A stretch of DNA of 32,000 bases from positions 30,001-62,000 of the forward strand of contig JBAZYG010000002.1 of NCBI GenBank assembly GCA_041659445.1, in the 5' to 3' direction. The DNA comes from Candidatus Saccharimonadota bacterium. Its GTDB lineage: Archaea > Nanobdellota > Nanobdellia > Pacearchaeales > GW2011-AR1. Positions 16,055 through 23,985 of this stretch are shown in pieces (the stretch's first letter is position 1; each line of letters opens with the position of its first letter). Below the pieces are notes generated by a model. The model saw only the letters and a program-made list of their open reading frames with translations. It was not told where the DNA came from and did no database searches. A program made the position numbers and the translations under genes.

Positions 16055-16062
16055 TTTATAAA
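16055..16062 (+). promoter_or_regulatory. TATA box TTTATAAA, -29..-22 from ATG 16084
   Basis: Consensus box in a divergent intergenic region. Confidence 0.45.
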
Positions 16063-16083
16063 AAAAACAAACCTACAAAATAA

Positions 16084-16710
16084 ATGATAAACAAAAAAGA
16101 GATTGCTGCAATTCTAATTACTGGAATTGTTTTGGCGTTTGCAGTTTCATTATTTAATTTAAAAACATTATTTCTCACTTCACTAATAAGCATTTTTATA
16201 ATCTTAATTTTAAATATTTTTGCAAAAAAATTAATAGGATACTTTCTTGATACCGACGTAGAAATAGATTTTTGGACAATAAGAAGATTTGGATTTCAAA
16301 AACACATGCATGCAAAAAAACCAATTCTTATTGGATTATTTCTTCCAATTGTAATCAAAGCAATAACTGTCGGAATAATAAACTGGACTGCTTCTTTAAC
16401 TTTTGAAGTAAAAGCCAGAGTTTATAGAGCTGCAAAAAGACATGGAATTTATGCATTCACTGAAATGAGCGAAGCTCAAATAGGAGTAATTGCTGCTTCA
16501 GGAATTATTATAAATCTGATTTTTGCAATAGTCGGATATTTTCTTGGTTTTGAAGAATTTGCAAAATTAAGTTTAGGTTTTGCTTTTTTTAACATGATTC
16601 CAATATCAAATTTAGATGGAAATAAAATATTCTTCGGAAGCATTGTATTATGGATATTTTTAGCAACAATAGTTTTATTAGGACTTCTTGCAGCTATCTT
16701 AATAATATAA
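16084..16710 (+). CDS. M50 (site-2 protease)-like membrane protein lacking the HExxH motif
   Basis: The C-terminal motif FFNMIPISNLDGNKIF matches the NxxPxxxLDG signature of M50 peptidases. No HExxH occurs anywhere in the 208 aa. The expected position after the second TM helix reads LILNIFAKKLIGY. Confidence 0.45.
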   Translation: MINKKEIAAILITGIVLAFAVSLFNLKTLFLTSLISIFIILILNIFAKKLIGYFLDTDVEIDFWTIRRFGFQKHMHAKKPILIGLFLPIVIKAITVGIINWTASLTFEVKARVYRAAKRHGIYAFTEMSEAQIGVIAASGIIINLIFAIVGYFLGFEEFAKLSLGFAFFNMIPISNLDGNKIFFGSIVLWIFLATIVLLGLLAAILII

Positions 16711-16722
16711 TATCTAATTAAA

Positions 16723-18267
16723 ATGGATTTTTTAAAAAACATTCAACCTAGAGAATACCAACAAAAAATATTTGAAACTTGCTTAAATAAAAATTGTCTT
16801 GTAGTTCTTCCTACTGGACTTGGAAAAACTTTAATTGCAGTAATGCTTTCAATTGACAGATTACAAAAATTCCCAACACAAAAAATTTTAATCTTAGCTC
16901 CAACAAGACCACTAGTAGAACAGCATTTAGCATCTTTTAAAAAAAATCTTCCAGAATTATTCGCAGATATGCAATTATTCACTGGAGAAATAAATTCTGA
17001 AAAAAGAAAAAAAATCTGGCAAACATCAGACATTATTTTTTCTACACCGCAGTGCATTGCAAATGATGTGAAAAAAAAGTTGTATGATTTAAAAGAAGTT
17101 TGCTTATTAGTCGAAGATGAAGCACATAGATGTGTGAAAAATTATTCTTATAATTTTGTTGCTAAAACTTATTTAAATCAATCTCAAAATCCAAGGATTG
17201 TTGGATTAACAGCTTCGCCTGGAAGTGATCTTCAAAAAGTAAAAGAAATATGCAAAAATTTATCAATAGAAGAAGTAGAACTTAGAACACGAGAATCAGA
17301 AGATGTAAAAAAATATCTTCAAGAATTAGAATTTAATAAAATAGAAATAGATTTCCCAAAAGAATTACAAGAAATAAAATTTTTATTAAAGCAAATTTAT
17401 GATTCTTATGTAAATTCATTAAAAGAAAAAAACTTTTTAAGAGGATATGATAATAAAATTGTTTTGCTAGAATTACAAAAAAAATTACAATTTCAAATTG
17501 CAAGAAATTTAAAAGACAGATATATTTATTCTGCAGTCAGCGAATGCGCACAGGCAATAAAAATTAGTCATGCTATAGAACTATTAGAAACTCAAACAAT
17601 AAGTAGTTTGTTCAAATATTTAAAAGGATTATATAATCAAGCAGCAAAAAAACAAAGTAAAGGAGTAGTAGAATTAGTAAAAAAAAGAGAGTTTACTTTT
17701 GTTTTTTCTATGATTAATGAAATGGTAATTAAAAATTTTGAACATCCAAAAATAGAAAAATTAGTGAATATAATAAAAGAACAAGATAAAAATTCAAAAA
17801 GAATTATATTTTGTCAATTTAGAGATACTGCTTCAATTATAGCTAAAAAAATAAACGAAATACCAAATATAAAAGCAAAGGTTTTCATTGGACAAGCAAA
17901 AAAACAAGATACAGGATTAAGTCAAAAAGAACAAAAAAACATTATTGAAGAATTTAAAGATGGAAAAATAAATACTCTTTGCGCAACATCCATAGGTGAA
18001 GAAGGATTAGATATTCCAGAAGTAAGTTCAGTTATTTTTTATGAACCTGTTTCCTCAGCAATAAGAGCAATTCAGCGAAGAGGACGTACTGCTAGATTAA
18101 GTAAAGGCGAACTTATAATTTTAGTTACAAAAAACACAAGGGATCAAGGAAATTATTATGCGTCTCGTTCAAGAGAAAGAAAAATGCAAAAGTCAATTCA
18201 AGAAATAAAAGAAGATTTAAAAGAAAATGGAAAAATAAATCTTGAATTTCAAAAAAAATTGTTTTAA
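16723..18267 (+). CDS. hef: Hef/FANCM-type superfamily 2 helicase (helicase half only)
   Basis: The motifs are VLPTGLGKT (I), LILAPTRPLVEQH (Ia), LVEDEAHR (II, DEAH), GLTASPG (III), TSIGEEGLDIPEVSSVIFYE (V) and QRRGRTAR (VI). A helical insertion separates the RecA lobes, as in Hef. Confidence 0.85.
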   Translation: MDFLKNIQPREYQQKIFETCLNKNCLVVLPTGLGKTLIAVMLSIDRLQKFPTQKILILAPTRPLVEQHLASFKKNLPELFADMQLFTGEINSEKRKKIWQTSDIIFSTPQCIANDVKKKLYDLKEVCLLVEDEAHRCVKNYSYNFVAKTYLNQSQNPRIVGLTASPGSDLQKVKEICKNLSIEEVELRTRESEDVKKYLQELEFNKIEIDFPKELQEIKFLLKQIYDSYVNSLKEKNFLRGYDNKIVLLELQKKLQFQIARNLKDRYIYSAVSECAQAIKISHAIELLETQTISSLFKYLKGLYNQAAKKQSKGVVELVKKREFTFVFSMINEMVIKNFEHPKIEKLVNIIKEQDKNSKRIIFCQFRDTASIIAKKINEIPNIKAKVFIGQAKKQDTGLSQKEQKNIIEEFKDGKINTLCATSIGEEGLDIPEVSSVIFYEPVSSAIRAIQRRGRTARLSKGELIILVTKNTRDQGNYYASRSRERKMQKSIQEIKEDLKENGKINLEFQKKLF

Positions 18268-18283
18268 AAATTTTTGGAGGGAT

Positions 18284-18895
18284 TTATCTTCTACCAAAAA
18301 ACAAACCAGCAATTCCGCCGACAAATAATAAAACACCTAAAAAGCTAGACGATGCTTTTGTCAAACCAATTGCAGCACCAGTCATTCCAGAAATTCCAAA
18401 ATAAATTCCAGCCAAAGCACAAATTCCAAAAATAGAAGAAACTACTTTATTTTCTAAATCACTTCCTTTTCTTTTTAATTTTTCAATTCTTCGCTGAATA
18501 TATCTTGCTCTATCTTCTTGGCCTGAAAGTTCGTAAGCTTCTGCTAATTTTAATAACTTTTCTGGATCATTGCTTTTATTTAATCCTGCTTCTTCATAAA
18601 AACGCGCAGATTGAGGACCATATCTTCTATTTGAACTTTTATTTGAAATAATTACATCTCCAATTCTTTCAAGAGATTCTCTTTCTGTTAAACCTGCTTT
18701 TCTATAACAGAATTTAGCATTACTCTCTAACCCTTCTCCTACATAAGAATCTCCTAAAACTTCATAAAAAGCTTCTCTTGTTTCAGATGTTACAGAATTA
18801 ACTCCAATTTTCGGTTCTAATCTCTTCAAATAATTTATTTTTGCATCATCCGACTTAAAAGAATTAACTTTCTTTAAAATTTCTTTCTTATCCAT
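18284..18895 (-). CDS. Tail-anchored membrane protein with TPR/Sel1-like helical repeats
   Basis: The C-terminus has two Gly-rich TM segments (VVSSIFGICALAGIYFGISGMTGAAIGL...FLGVLLFVGGIAGLFFGRR). The track ORF starts at 18934, with a poly-Ile run from the ATT repeat. Met14 (ATG 18895) is preferred because a TATA-like sequence lies at -22..-35. Confidence 0.5.
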   Translation of the reverse strand: MDKKEILKKVNSFKSDDAKINYLKRLEPKIGVNSVTSETREAFYEVLGDSYVGEGLESNAKFCYRKAGLTERESLERIGDVIISNKSSNRRYGPQSARFYEEAGLNKSNDPEKLLKLAEAYELSGQEDRARYIQRRIEKLKRKGSDLENKVVSSIFGICALAGIYFGISGMTGAAIGLTKASSSFLGVLLFVGGIAGLFFGRR

Positions 18896-18916
18896 AATAA
18901 TAATAATAATAATAAT
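18894..18916. repeat. Trinucleotide microsatellite (ATA/ATT)7
   Basis: The plus strand reads ataataataataataataataat, equal to (ATT)7 on the minus strand immediately 5' of ATG 18895. Confidence 0.9.
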
Positions 18917-18965
18917 CTTTTTAAATTTAATCATTAAAATAAATAAATTCTGAATTACACAAATC

Positions 18966-18973
18966 TTTATAAA
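18966..18973 (+). promoter_or_regulatory. TATA box TTTATAAA, -33..-26 from ATG 18999
   Basis: Consensus box in a divergent intergenic region. Confidence 0.4.
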
Positions 18974-18998
18974 AGAATTACTTAATTTATAATAAAGT

Positions 18999-20039
18999 AT
19001 GGCAAGAATAATTGGAAAGGGATATTCTTTTGATGATGTCTTAATTCTACCAAAATATAATAAAGTCCGTTCTAGAAAAGACGTTGATTTTAGAACACAA
19101 GTTACAAAAAATCATTGGATAAATATTCCTTTAATCGTCGCAAACATGGATACAACATGTGAATCAAAAATGGCTATTGCAATTGGAAAACTTGGAGGAT
19201 TGGGTGTGATTCACAGATTTATGCCTATAGAAAAACAAGCAAAAGAAGTTAAAAAAGTCAAAGAACAAAATTTAATTGCTGCAGCTGCAATAGGAATTAA
19301 AGATTTTGAAGAAAGATTAAAAGAATTAAAAAAAGTAAAAGTAGATATTGTAGTTTTAGACATTGCGCATGGACACTCAAAATATGCAGGAAAAATTATT
19401 GATTACATAAAACAAAATTATTCTGACATTGATGTTATGGCTGGAAATATTGCAACAAAAGATGCAGCACAATATTTTTTATCAAAAGGTGCAGATGCTA
19501 TAAAAGTTGGAGTTGGCCCAGGTTCAATGTGCACAACTAGAATTATGACCGGTGCAGGAGTTCCACAATTAACTGCAATAATGGATTGTTATGAATCAAC
19601 TCAAGGAAGAATTCCAATTTGTGCCGACGGAGGAATTAGAAATCCTGGAGATTTGACAAAAGCAATAGGCGCAGGTGCGAACACAATAATGTCTGGTGCA
19701 ATGTTTGCAGGAACAGACGAAACTCCTGGAACTTTAATAAAAATAAAAGGCAAAAAATACAAATTATATCGAGGAATGGCTAGTTATGATGCAACTTTAA
19801 AAAAAATAAATTTGAATAATGAAACAAAAAATGAAATAATAAGCATTGAAGGAGAGAAAAAATATATTCCTTATAAAGGTCCTGTAAAAGAGATTATAAA
19901 AAGATTCTTAGGAGGATTAGCTTCAGGCATGACTTACACAGGCGCAAAAAATATGGAAGAAATAATTGGAAAAGTAGATTTTATAGAAATATCCAATGCA
20001 GGAATAAAAGAAAGCAACGCTCATGGATTAAGAGAATAG
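18999..20039 (+). CDS. guaB: IMP dehydrogenase family protein lacking the CBS/Bateman subdomain
   Basis: The motifs are [31 protein letters not shown], the catalytic loop [23 protein letters not shown] and ESNAHGL. At 346 aa there is no ~120-aa insertion after [11 protein letters not shown]. The AHGHS motif looks more IMPDH-like than GMP-reductase-like. Confidence 0.8.
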   Translation: MARIIGKGYSFDDVLILPKYNKVRSRKDVDFRTQVTKNHWINIPLIVANMDTTCESKMAIAIGKLGGLGVIHRFMPIEKQAKEVKKVKEQNLIAAAAIGIKDFEERLKELKKVKVDIVVLDIAHGHSKYAGKIIDYIKQNYSDIDVMAGNIATKDAAQYFLSKGADAIKVGVGPGSMCTTRIMTGAGVPQLTAIMDCYESTQGRIPICADGGIRNPGDLTKAIGAGANTIMSGAMFAGTDETPGTLIKIKGKKYKLYRGMASYDATLKKINLNNETKNEIISIEGEKKYIPYKGPVKEIIKRFLGGLASGMTYTGAKNMEEIIGKVDFIEISNAGIKESNAHGLRE

Positions 20040-20044
20040 TTAAA

Positions 20045-20716
20045 ATGAAAATAAAACCCTTCCAAGATATATTTGATAAAAAAGAAAAAAAACCAATTAA
20101 AAGAGATTCTCAAAAAGTAATTATAGATTTTAGAGAAAAAAATTCTTTAGTTCCATCGCAACTAGTTAATCTTGGCTTAGAAATTGAATTTCGACAATTA
20201 AAAATAGGTGATTATCAAATTGGAAATACTTTAATTGAAAGAAAAACATTTTCAGATTTTATTAATTCAATGATTGACAAAAGAATTTTCAGGCAGTTAG
20301 AAGAATTAAAACAATTTCCAAATTCTTTTTTAATAATAGAAGAATTTGATTTAAATTCAGAAAAATTTTCTAATAAAAATGCCTTGAGGGGTTTAATCTT
20401 GTCTATAATTCTCAGATATAAAATCCCAATTGTTTTTGTAAAAGATTATTTTGAAACAGCTGAATATATAAAAATAATTTCAAACAAAAAAGAAAAAGAA
20501 GTTTCGTTAAATTATTCTAAAAAAAGTTTATCAAAAAAAGAGCAATTGCAATTTGTATTGGAAGCATTTCCAAATGTTGGACCAGCAAAAGCAAAAAAAC
20601 TACTGGAAAAATTTCAAACAATAAAAAATATTTCAAATTCTTCAGAAAAAGATTTAGAAGAAATTCTTGGAAAACGTGCTAAAGAATTCTTGGAAATATT
20701 AGAAAGAAAATATTAA
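20045..20716 (+). CDS. ERCC4-type (XPF/Hef/Mus81) structure-specific nuclease with C-terminal (HhH)2
   Basis: The nuclease motifs are VIIDFREK...KIGDYQIGNTLIERKTFSDFINSMIDKRIFRQ (GDxn-ERKxxxD signature). The (HhH)2 part is FPNVGPAKAKKLLEKF...LEEILGKRAKEF. It starts 5 nt after the IMPDH stop. Confidence 0.8.
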   Translation: MKIKPFQDIFDKKEKKPIKRDSQKVIIDFREKNSLVPSQLVNLGLEIEFRQLKIGDYQIGNTLIERKTFSDFINSMIDKRIFRQLEELKQFPNSFLIIEEFDLNSEKFSNKNALRGLILSIILRYKIPIVFVKDYFETAEYIKIISNKKEKEVSLNYSKKSLSKKEQLQFVLEAFPNVGPAKAKKLLEKFQTIKNISNSSEKDLEEILGKRAKEFLEILERKY

Positions 20717-20721
20717 AAAAA

Positions 20722-21933
20722 TTAATTCTCTGGTTCTAAAATAAATAAAGAATAATTTCCTTTTTTGACTTTTGATGCCATTTCTTTAACATCAGCTAAC
20801 TTTACTTTATTAATTTCTTTTTCAAAGTCATAAAAATCTTCTGCTTTAGTATGAATTTCACTTGCCAAAAGATTAACCATTTGAATTTGAGAATCTTCCA
20901 TTGAAATGTGATAATTTCCTACAAGCTGTTTTTTCACAGAATTCAATTCTTTTTCATCCAAACTTTCTGAAACTTTTTTAAATTCTTTTAAAATTAATTC
21001 TTCTACTTCTTTAGTATTTTCTTTATTTGTCCCAACATAAATCCAATTATATGAAAAATCTTTTGCAATTTCAGAACCAGATTTGACAGCATAAGCCAAA
21101 TTTCTTTTTTCTCTTATTTCAGAAAATAATCTTGAAGACATGCCTCCTGCAAGAATCGTATTTAAAATTAAAGCAACAATACTTTTCTTATCTGAAGCCA
21201 AGGGCGCGTGATATCCAAAAACTAAATTTGCTTGATCTATTCCTTTTCTTTTTTCAACTTTAATTTCATTTTTTAAAATAATTTTCTTTAATGAATCATT
21301 GCAAGTTTTTTCTTCAAAAGAAGAATTAAATAATTTTTCAATCTTATTTATATCTGCGTCTCCAACAATGCAAACAACTAAATTTTTTGAAGTATAAGTT
21401 TCTTGAAACCTTTGTAAAATTTTCCTTCTATCAATAGAATTCATAGTTTCATTGGTTCCGATTAAACTTATTTTTAATGCACCAGAATAAAGACATTTTT
21501 GTATTTCATTAAATATATGTCTTAAAGGATTATCGTGATATAATTTAATTTCTTCAAAAATAACTTTTCTTTCTTTTTCCATTTCTTTTTCATCAAATAA
21601 TGGATTTTTAACCATATCAATTAAAACATCCAATCCGATTTCATAGGATTCTTGAGGCATTTTGCACCAAAAACCAGTAATTTCTTCGCTAGTAAATCCA
21701 TTTAATTCTCCACCATTTCGTTCAATATCTTCTGCAATTTTTCTTGCAGTTCGGGTTTTGGTCCCTTTGTAAAGCATATGTTCGACAAAATGGGAAATAC
21801 CTTTTTGACTCAAATCTTCGCTATTTCCACCACTTTTTATTGCAACAATAATGCTCACAACAGGAACATCTCTTTTCTCAAATAAGAGCGTAATTCCGTT
21901 TTTTAAAATTTTTTTTGTAAAATTATTTTTCAT
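20722..21933 (-). CDS. M16 (pitrilysin) family zinc peptidase
   Basis: It has the inverted zinc motif HFVEH (GISHFVEHMLYKGT) and GGELNGFTSEEITGFW. The start is set at Met39 of the track ORF (ATG 21933) because consensus TTTATATA lies at -22..-29. The N-terminal 38 codons of the track ORF look non-coding. Confidence 0.8.
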   Translation of the reverse strand: MKNNFTKKILKNGITLLFEKRDVPVVSIIVAIKSGGNSEDLSQKGISHFVEHMLYKGTKTRTARKIAEDIERNGGELNGFTSEEITGFWCKMPQESYEIGLDVLIDMVKNPLFDEKEMEKERKVIFEEIKLYHDNPLRHIFNEIQKCLYSGALKISLIGTNETMNSIDRRKILQRFQETYTSKNLVVCIVGDADINKIEKLFNSSFEEKTCNDSLKKIILKNEIKVEKRKGIDQANLVFGYHAPLASDKKSIVALILNTILAGGMSSRLFSEIREKRNLAYAVKSGSEIAKDFSYNWIYVGTNKENTKEVEELILKEFKKVSESLDEKELNSVKKQLVGNYHISMEDSQIQMVNLLASEIHTKAEDFYDFEKEINKVKLADVKEMASKVKKGNYSLFILEPEN

Positions 21934-21954
21934 TTTTAAAACAGCATGAAAGAA

Positions 21955-21962
21955 TATATAAA
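21955..21962 (-). promoter_or_regulatory. TATA box TTTATATA for the M16 peptidase gene
   Basis: -22..-29 from ATG 21933. Confidence 0.45.
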
Positions 21963-21977
21963 TATAACTATTGATTT

Positions 21978-22208
21978 TTACCTCAAATAAAGCATTAAAA
22001 AAATTAAAAAACCAAGAACAATTAAGAATACAATCCACATTTCCCAATCAAAATATCTCTTTTTTTTAGCAGATAATAAATTTGCTTTTTTCTGATTTAA
22101 AAATTTCTTTTCAAAATCTAAATTTTTTTCATGAAGCAAAATCTTTTTTTGCTTTTTTGCTTCTAAAGAAATATCATCTTCAAATAAAGAATCATCAAAT
22201 TCTACCAT
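21978..22208 (-). CDS. Small tail-anchored membrane protein (76 aa), acidic/coiled N-terminus
   Basis: The C-terminal TM segment is WEMWIVFLIVLGFLIFLMLYL. TTTATAAT lies at -22..-29 from its ATG, which supports a real gene. Confidence 0.45.
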   Translation of the reverse strand: MVEFDDSLFEDDISLEAKKQKKILLHEKNLDFEKKFLNQKKANLLSAKKKRYFDWEMWIVFLIVLGFLIFLMLYLR

Positions 22209-22229
22209 AAATTAAAAAACAAACTCCAA

Positions 22230-22237
22230 ATTATAAA
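22230..22237 (-). promoter_or_regulatory. TATA-like box TTTATAAT for 21978..22208
   Basis: -22..-29 from ATG 22208. Confidence 0.4.
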
Positions 22238-22250
22238 CTTTATTAAATCC

Positions 22251-23012
22251 TTATTTAGAGTTAAAGCAAATATATCTTTCATTTCCAAGTTCAAAGTCAT
22301 CAATTAAATTAAAATTGTCCTTAATAAATTGTAAAATCCAATTACGATTAACTTGAAATTTCTTTTTGCTAATCAAACTTTGAGTAGCAAAACTAACAAT
22401 AACTAAACTAGATGAATTAACAATTTCTTTTAGAATTTCTTTTGAATAATCTCTTTTTAACATTTCTAAAGAATCAAGAACTTTGAACAAAAAAATAATA
22501 TTATTCCCTTTTTCTGAAGAAATTATTTTTTTTATTTTTTCCAAATTGAACAAACTTTCATGATAACAGATTGCATTTAATTTATTTTTTTTAAAATATT
22601 CATTTTGAAGATTCACTAATTGTCCAATTGCTTCAACCCCAACATAATTAATTCTTTTTTTAAAAAAATAATAACTAAACCCGTTAACCCCACAACCCAA
22701 ATCAATAATATTTATTTTATTGTTAAAATTTTTTAATAATAAATCATAAAGTTTAGGATAAAAGTCAAACCTTTCTTTTGTAGAAATATGTTTTTTCAAA
22801 AACCATTCAGGATTTTTTTCTTTTAATATTAAAAGTTTTTGACTTGAAAAAACACTATAAACTTTTCTTAATAAATCTCGTGTTAATTTTATTTTTTCTT
22901 CAGTTAAATAAGAAGATTTATCAAATTTTGAAAAAGTCAGTTCTATATCTAAACGTGGAATTTGAGAAAATTCCTTTTTTTGAATAATCTTTTTGTAAAT
23001 CTCTTCATCCAT
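22251..23012 (-). CDS. Class I SAM-dependent methyltransferase resembling ArmA/Rmt (FmrO-family) 16S rRNA m7G1405 methyltransferases
   Basis: The SAM motif I is NIIDLGCGVNG (nt 22689-22703). It is preceded by KKHISTKERFDFYPKLYD (nt 22770-22790), which matches the H-x-S-T-x-ER motif of the ArmA/RmtB/Sgm family as I recall it. Length (253 aa) and the C-terminal block IIFLFKVLDSLE...LVIVSFATQSL are collinear with ArmA (257 aa). Confidence 0.55.
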   Translation of the reverse strand: MDEEIYKKIIQKKEFSQIPRLDIELTFSKFDKSSYLTEEKIKLTRDLLRKVYSVFSSQKLLILKEKNPEWFLKKHISTKERFDFYPKLYDLLLKNFNNKINIIDLGCGVNGFSYYFFKKRINYVGVEAIGQLVNLQNEYFKKNKLNAICYHESLFNLEKIKKIISSEKGNNIIFLFKVLDSLEMLKRDYSKEILKEIVNSSSLVIVSFATQSLISKKKFQVNRNWILQFIKDNFNLIDDFELGNERYICFNSK

Positions 23013-23097
23013 AATTTTAATAAAATACTTTAACTTAATAAATTAACTAAATACAAGGTAAATTAAAATTCCAATAAATGTAAACGATCCAGAATAC

Positions 23098-23985
23098 GTG
23101 CAAGCTGAAAAAGAATTTCATGCAGCAAAAGATTTGGAAAGCCAATTGATTGCTTTAAATAAAATGATTTCTCATGCTCCAAGTCATAAGGGAGCAGAAA
23201 ATTTAAGGCAACAGTTAACAACAAGACGAAAAAAATTAGAAACTCAAATTGAAAAAAAGAAAAAAGTAGGAAAATCAACTCAAACAGGAATAAAAAAATT
23301 AGACATGCAAGCAGTGATTGTTGGAAAAACTAATTCTGGAAAATCTTCTTTATTAAAAATTTTGACAAATGCTCAACCAAAAATTTCAGATAATAAATTT
23401 GCAACAAAACAACCATTAATTGGAATGATGCCCTATTTAGATACACAAATACAAATAATTGAAATTCCAGCAATTGAAAGTGAAGAATACGACAAAGGAG
23501 TTGTTTATACTGCAGACACTGTATTAATTTTAATAGAAAATTTTGAACAATTAAAAGAAATAGAGAATAAATTAAAAACACAAGGGAAAAAAATAATTGT
23601 TTTTAATAAAATTGATTTGCTTAGTTCACAAGAAAAAAGAAAAATCTCTGCGCAACTTCAATCAAAAAAATATAATTTTATTTTAGTTTCATGCATTCCT
23701 TATTATTCTGAAAATAATGTAGAAAATTTAAAAGATAAAATTTTCGAATCTTTTGATATATTAAGAGTTTTCACAAAAGAACCAGGAAAAGAAAAATCAA
23801 AAAAACCAATGATTATGAAACCACATTCAACAGTTTCAGATGTTGCTGAAAAAATTCTTAAAGGATTAAGTAAAAAAATCAAAGAAACAAGAATCTGGGG
23901 ACCAAGTTCTAAATTTGGGGGGCAAATAGTTGGATTAAATCATAAATTAAAAGACATGGATGTTGTTGAATTTAAGACAAAATGA
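23098..23985 (+). CDS. DRG/Obg-like GTPase with C-terminal TGS domain, divergent switch II
   Basis: G1 is VGKTNSGKSS and G4 is FNKID. The TGS-like C-terminus is ILRVFTKEPG...PMIMKPHSTVSDVAEKI...RIWGPSSKFGGQIVGLNHKLKDMDVVEF. The start is GTG at 23098, with AAATTAAAATT about 30 nt upstream. G3 reads IEIPAI instead of DxPG. Confidence 0.7.
   Translation: MQAEKEFHAAKDLESQLIALNKMISHAPSHKGAENLRQQLTTRRKKLETQIEKKKKVGKSTQTGIKKLDMQAVIVGKTNSGKSSLLKILTNAQPKISDNKFATKQPLIGMMPYLDTQIQIIEIPAIESEEYDKGVVYTADTVLILIENFEQLKEIENKLKTQGKKIIVFNKIDLLSSQEKRKISAQLQSKKYNFILVSCIPYYSENNVENLKDKIFESFDILRVFTKEPGKEKSKKPMIMKPHSTVSDVAEKILKGLSKKIKETRIWGPSSKFGGQIVGLNHKLKDMDVVEFKTK

Noticed and set aside
18896-18934. The poly-isoleucine N-terminus (MIKFKKIIIIIIIM...) implied by the longest ORF at 18284..18934.
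   Set aside because: The Ile run is simply the (ATT)7 microsatellite. A TATA-like element lies at the usual distance from the internal ATG 18895 and none at the right distance from 18934. The repeat is kept as a finding instead.
21934-22047. The N-terminal 38 codons of the track ORF for the M16 peptidase (MGNVDCILNCSWFFNFFNALFEVKINSYIYIFFHAVLK).
   Set aside because: The sequence is not protein-like. It overlaps the 3' end of the neighbouring small gene and contains the consensus TTTATATA box, which fits a start at Met39 (21933).
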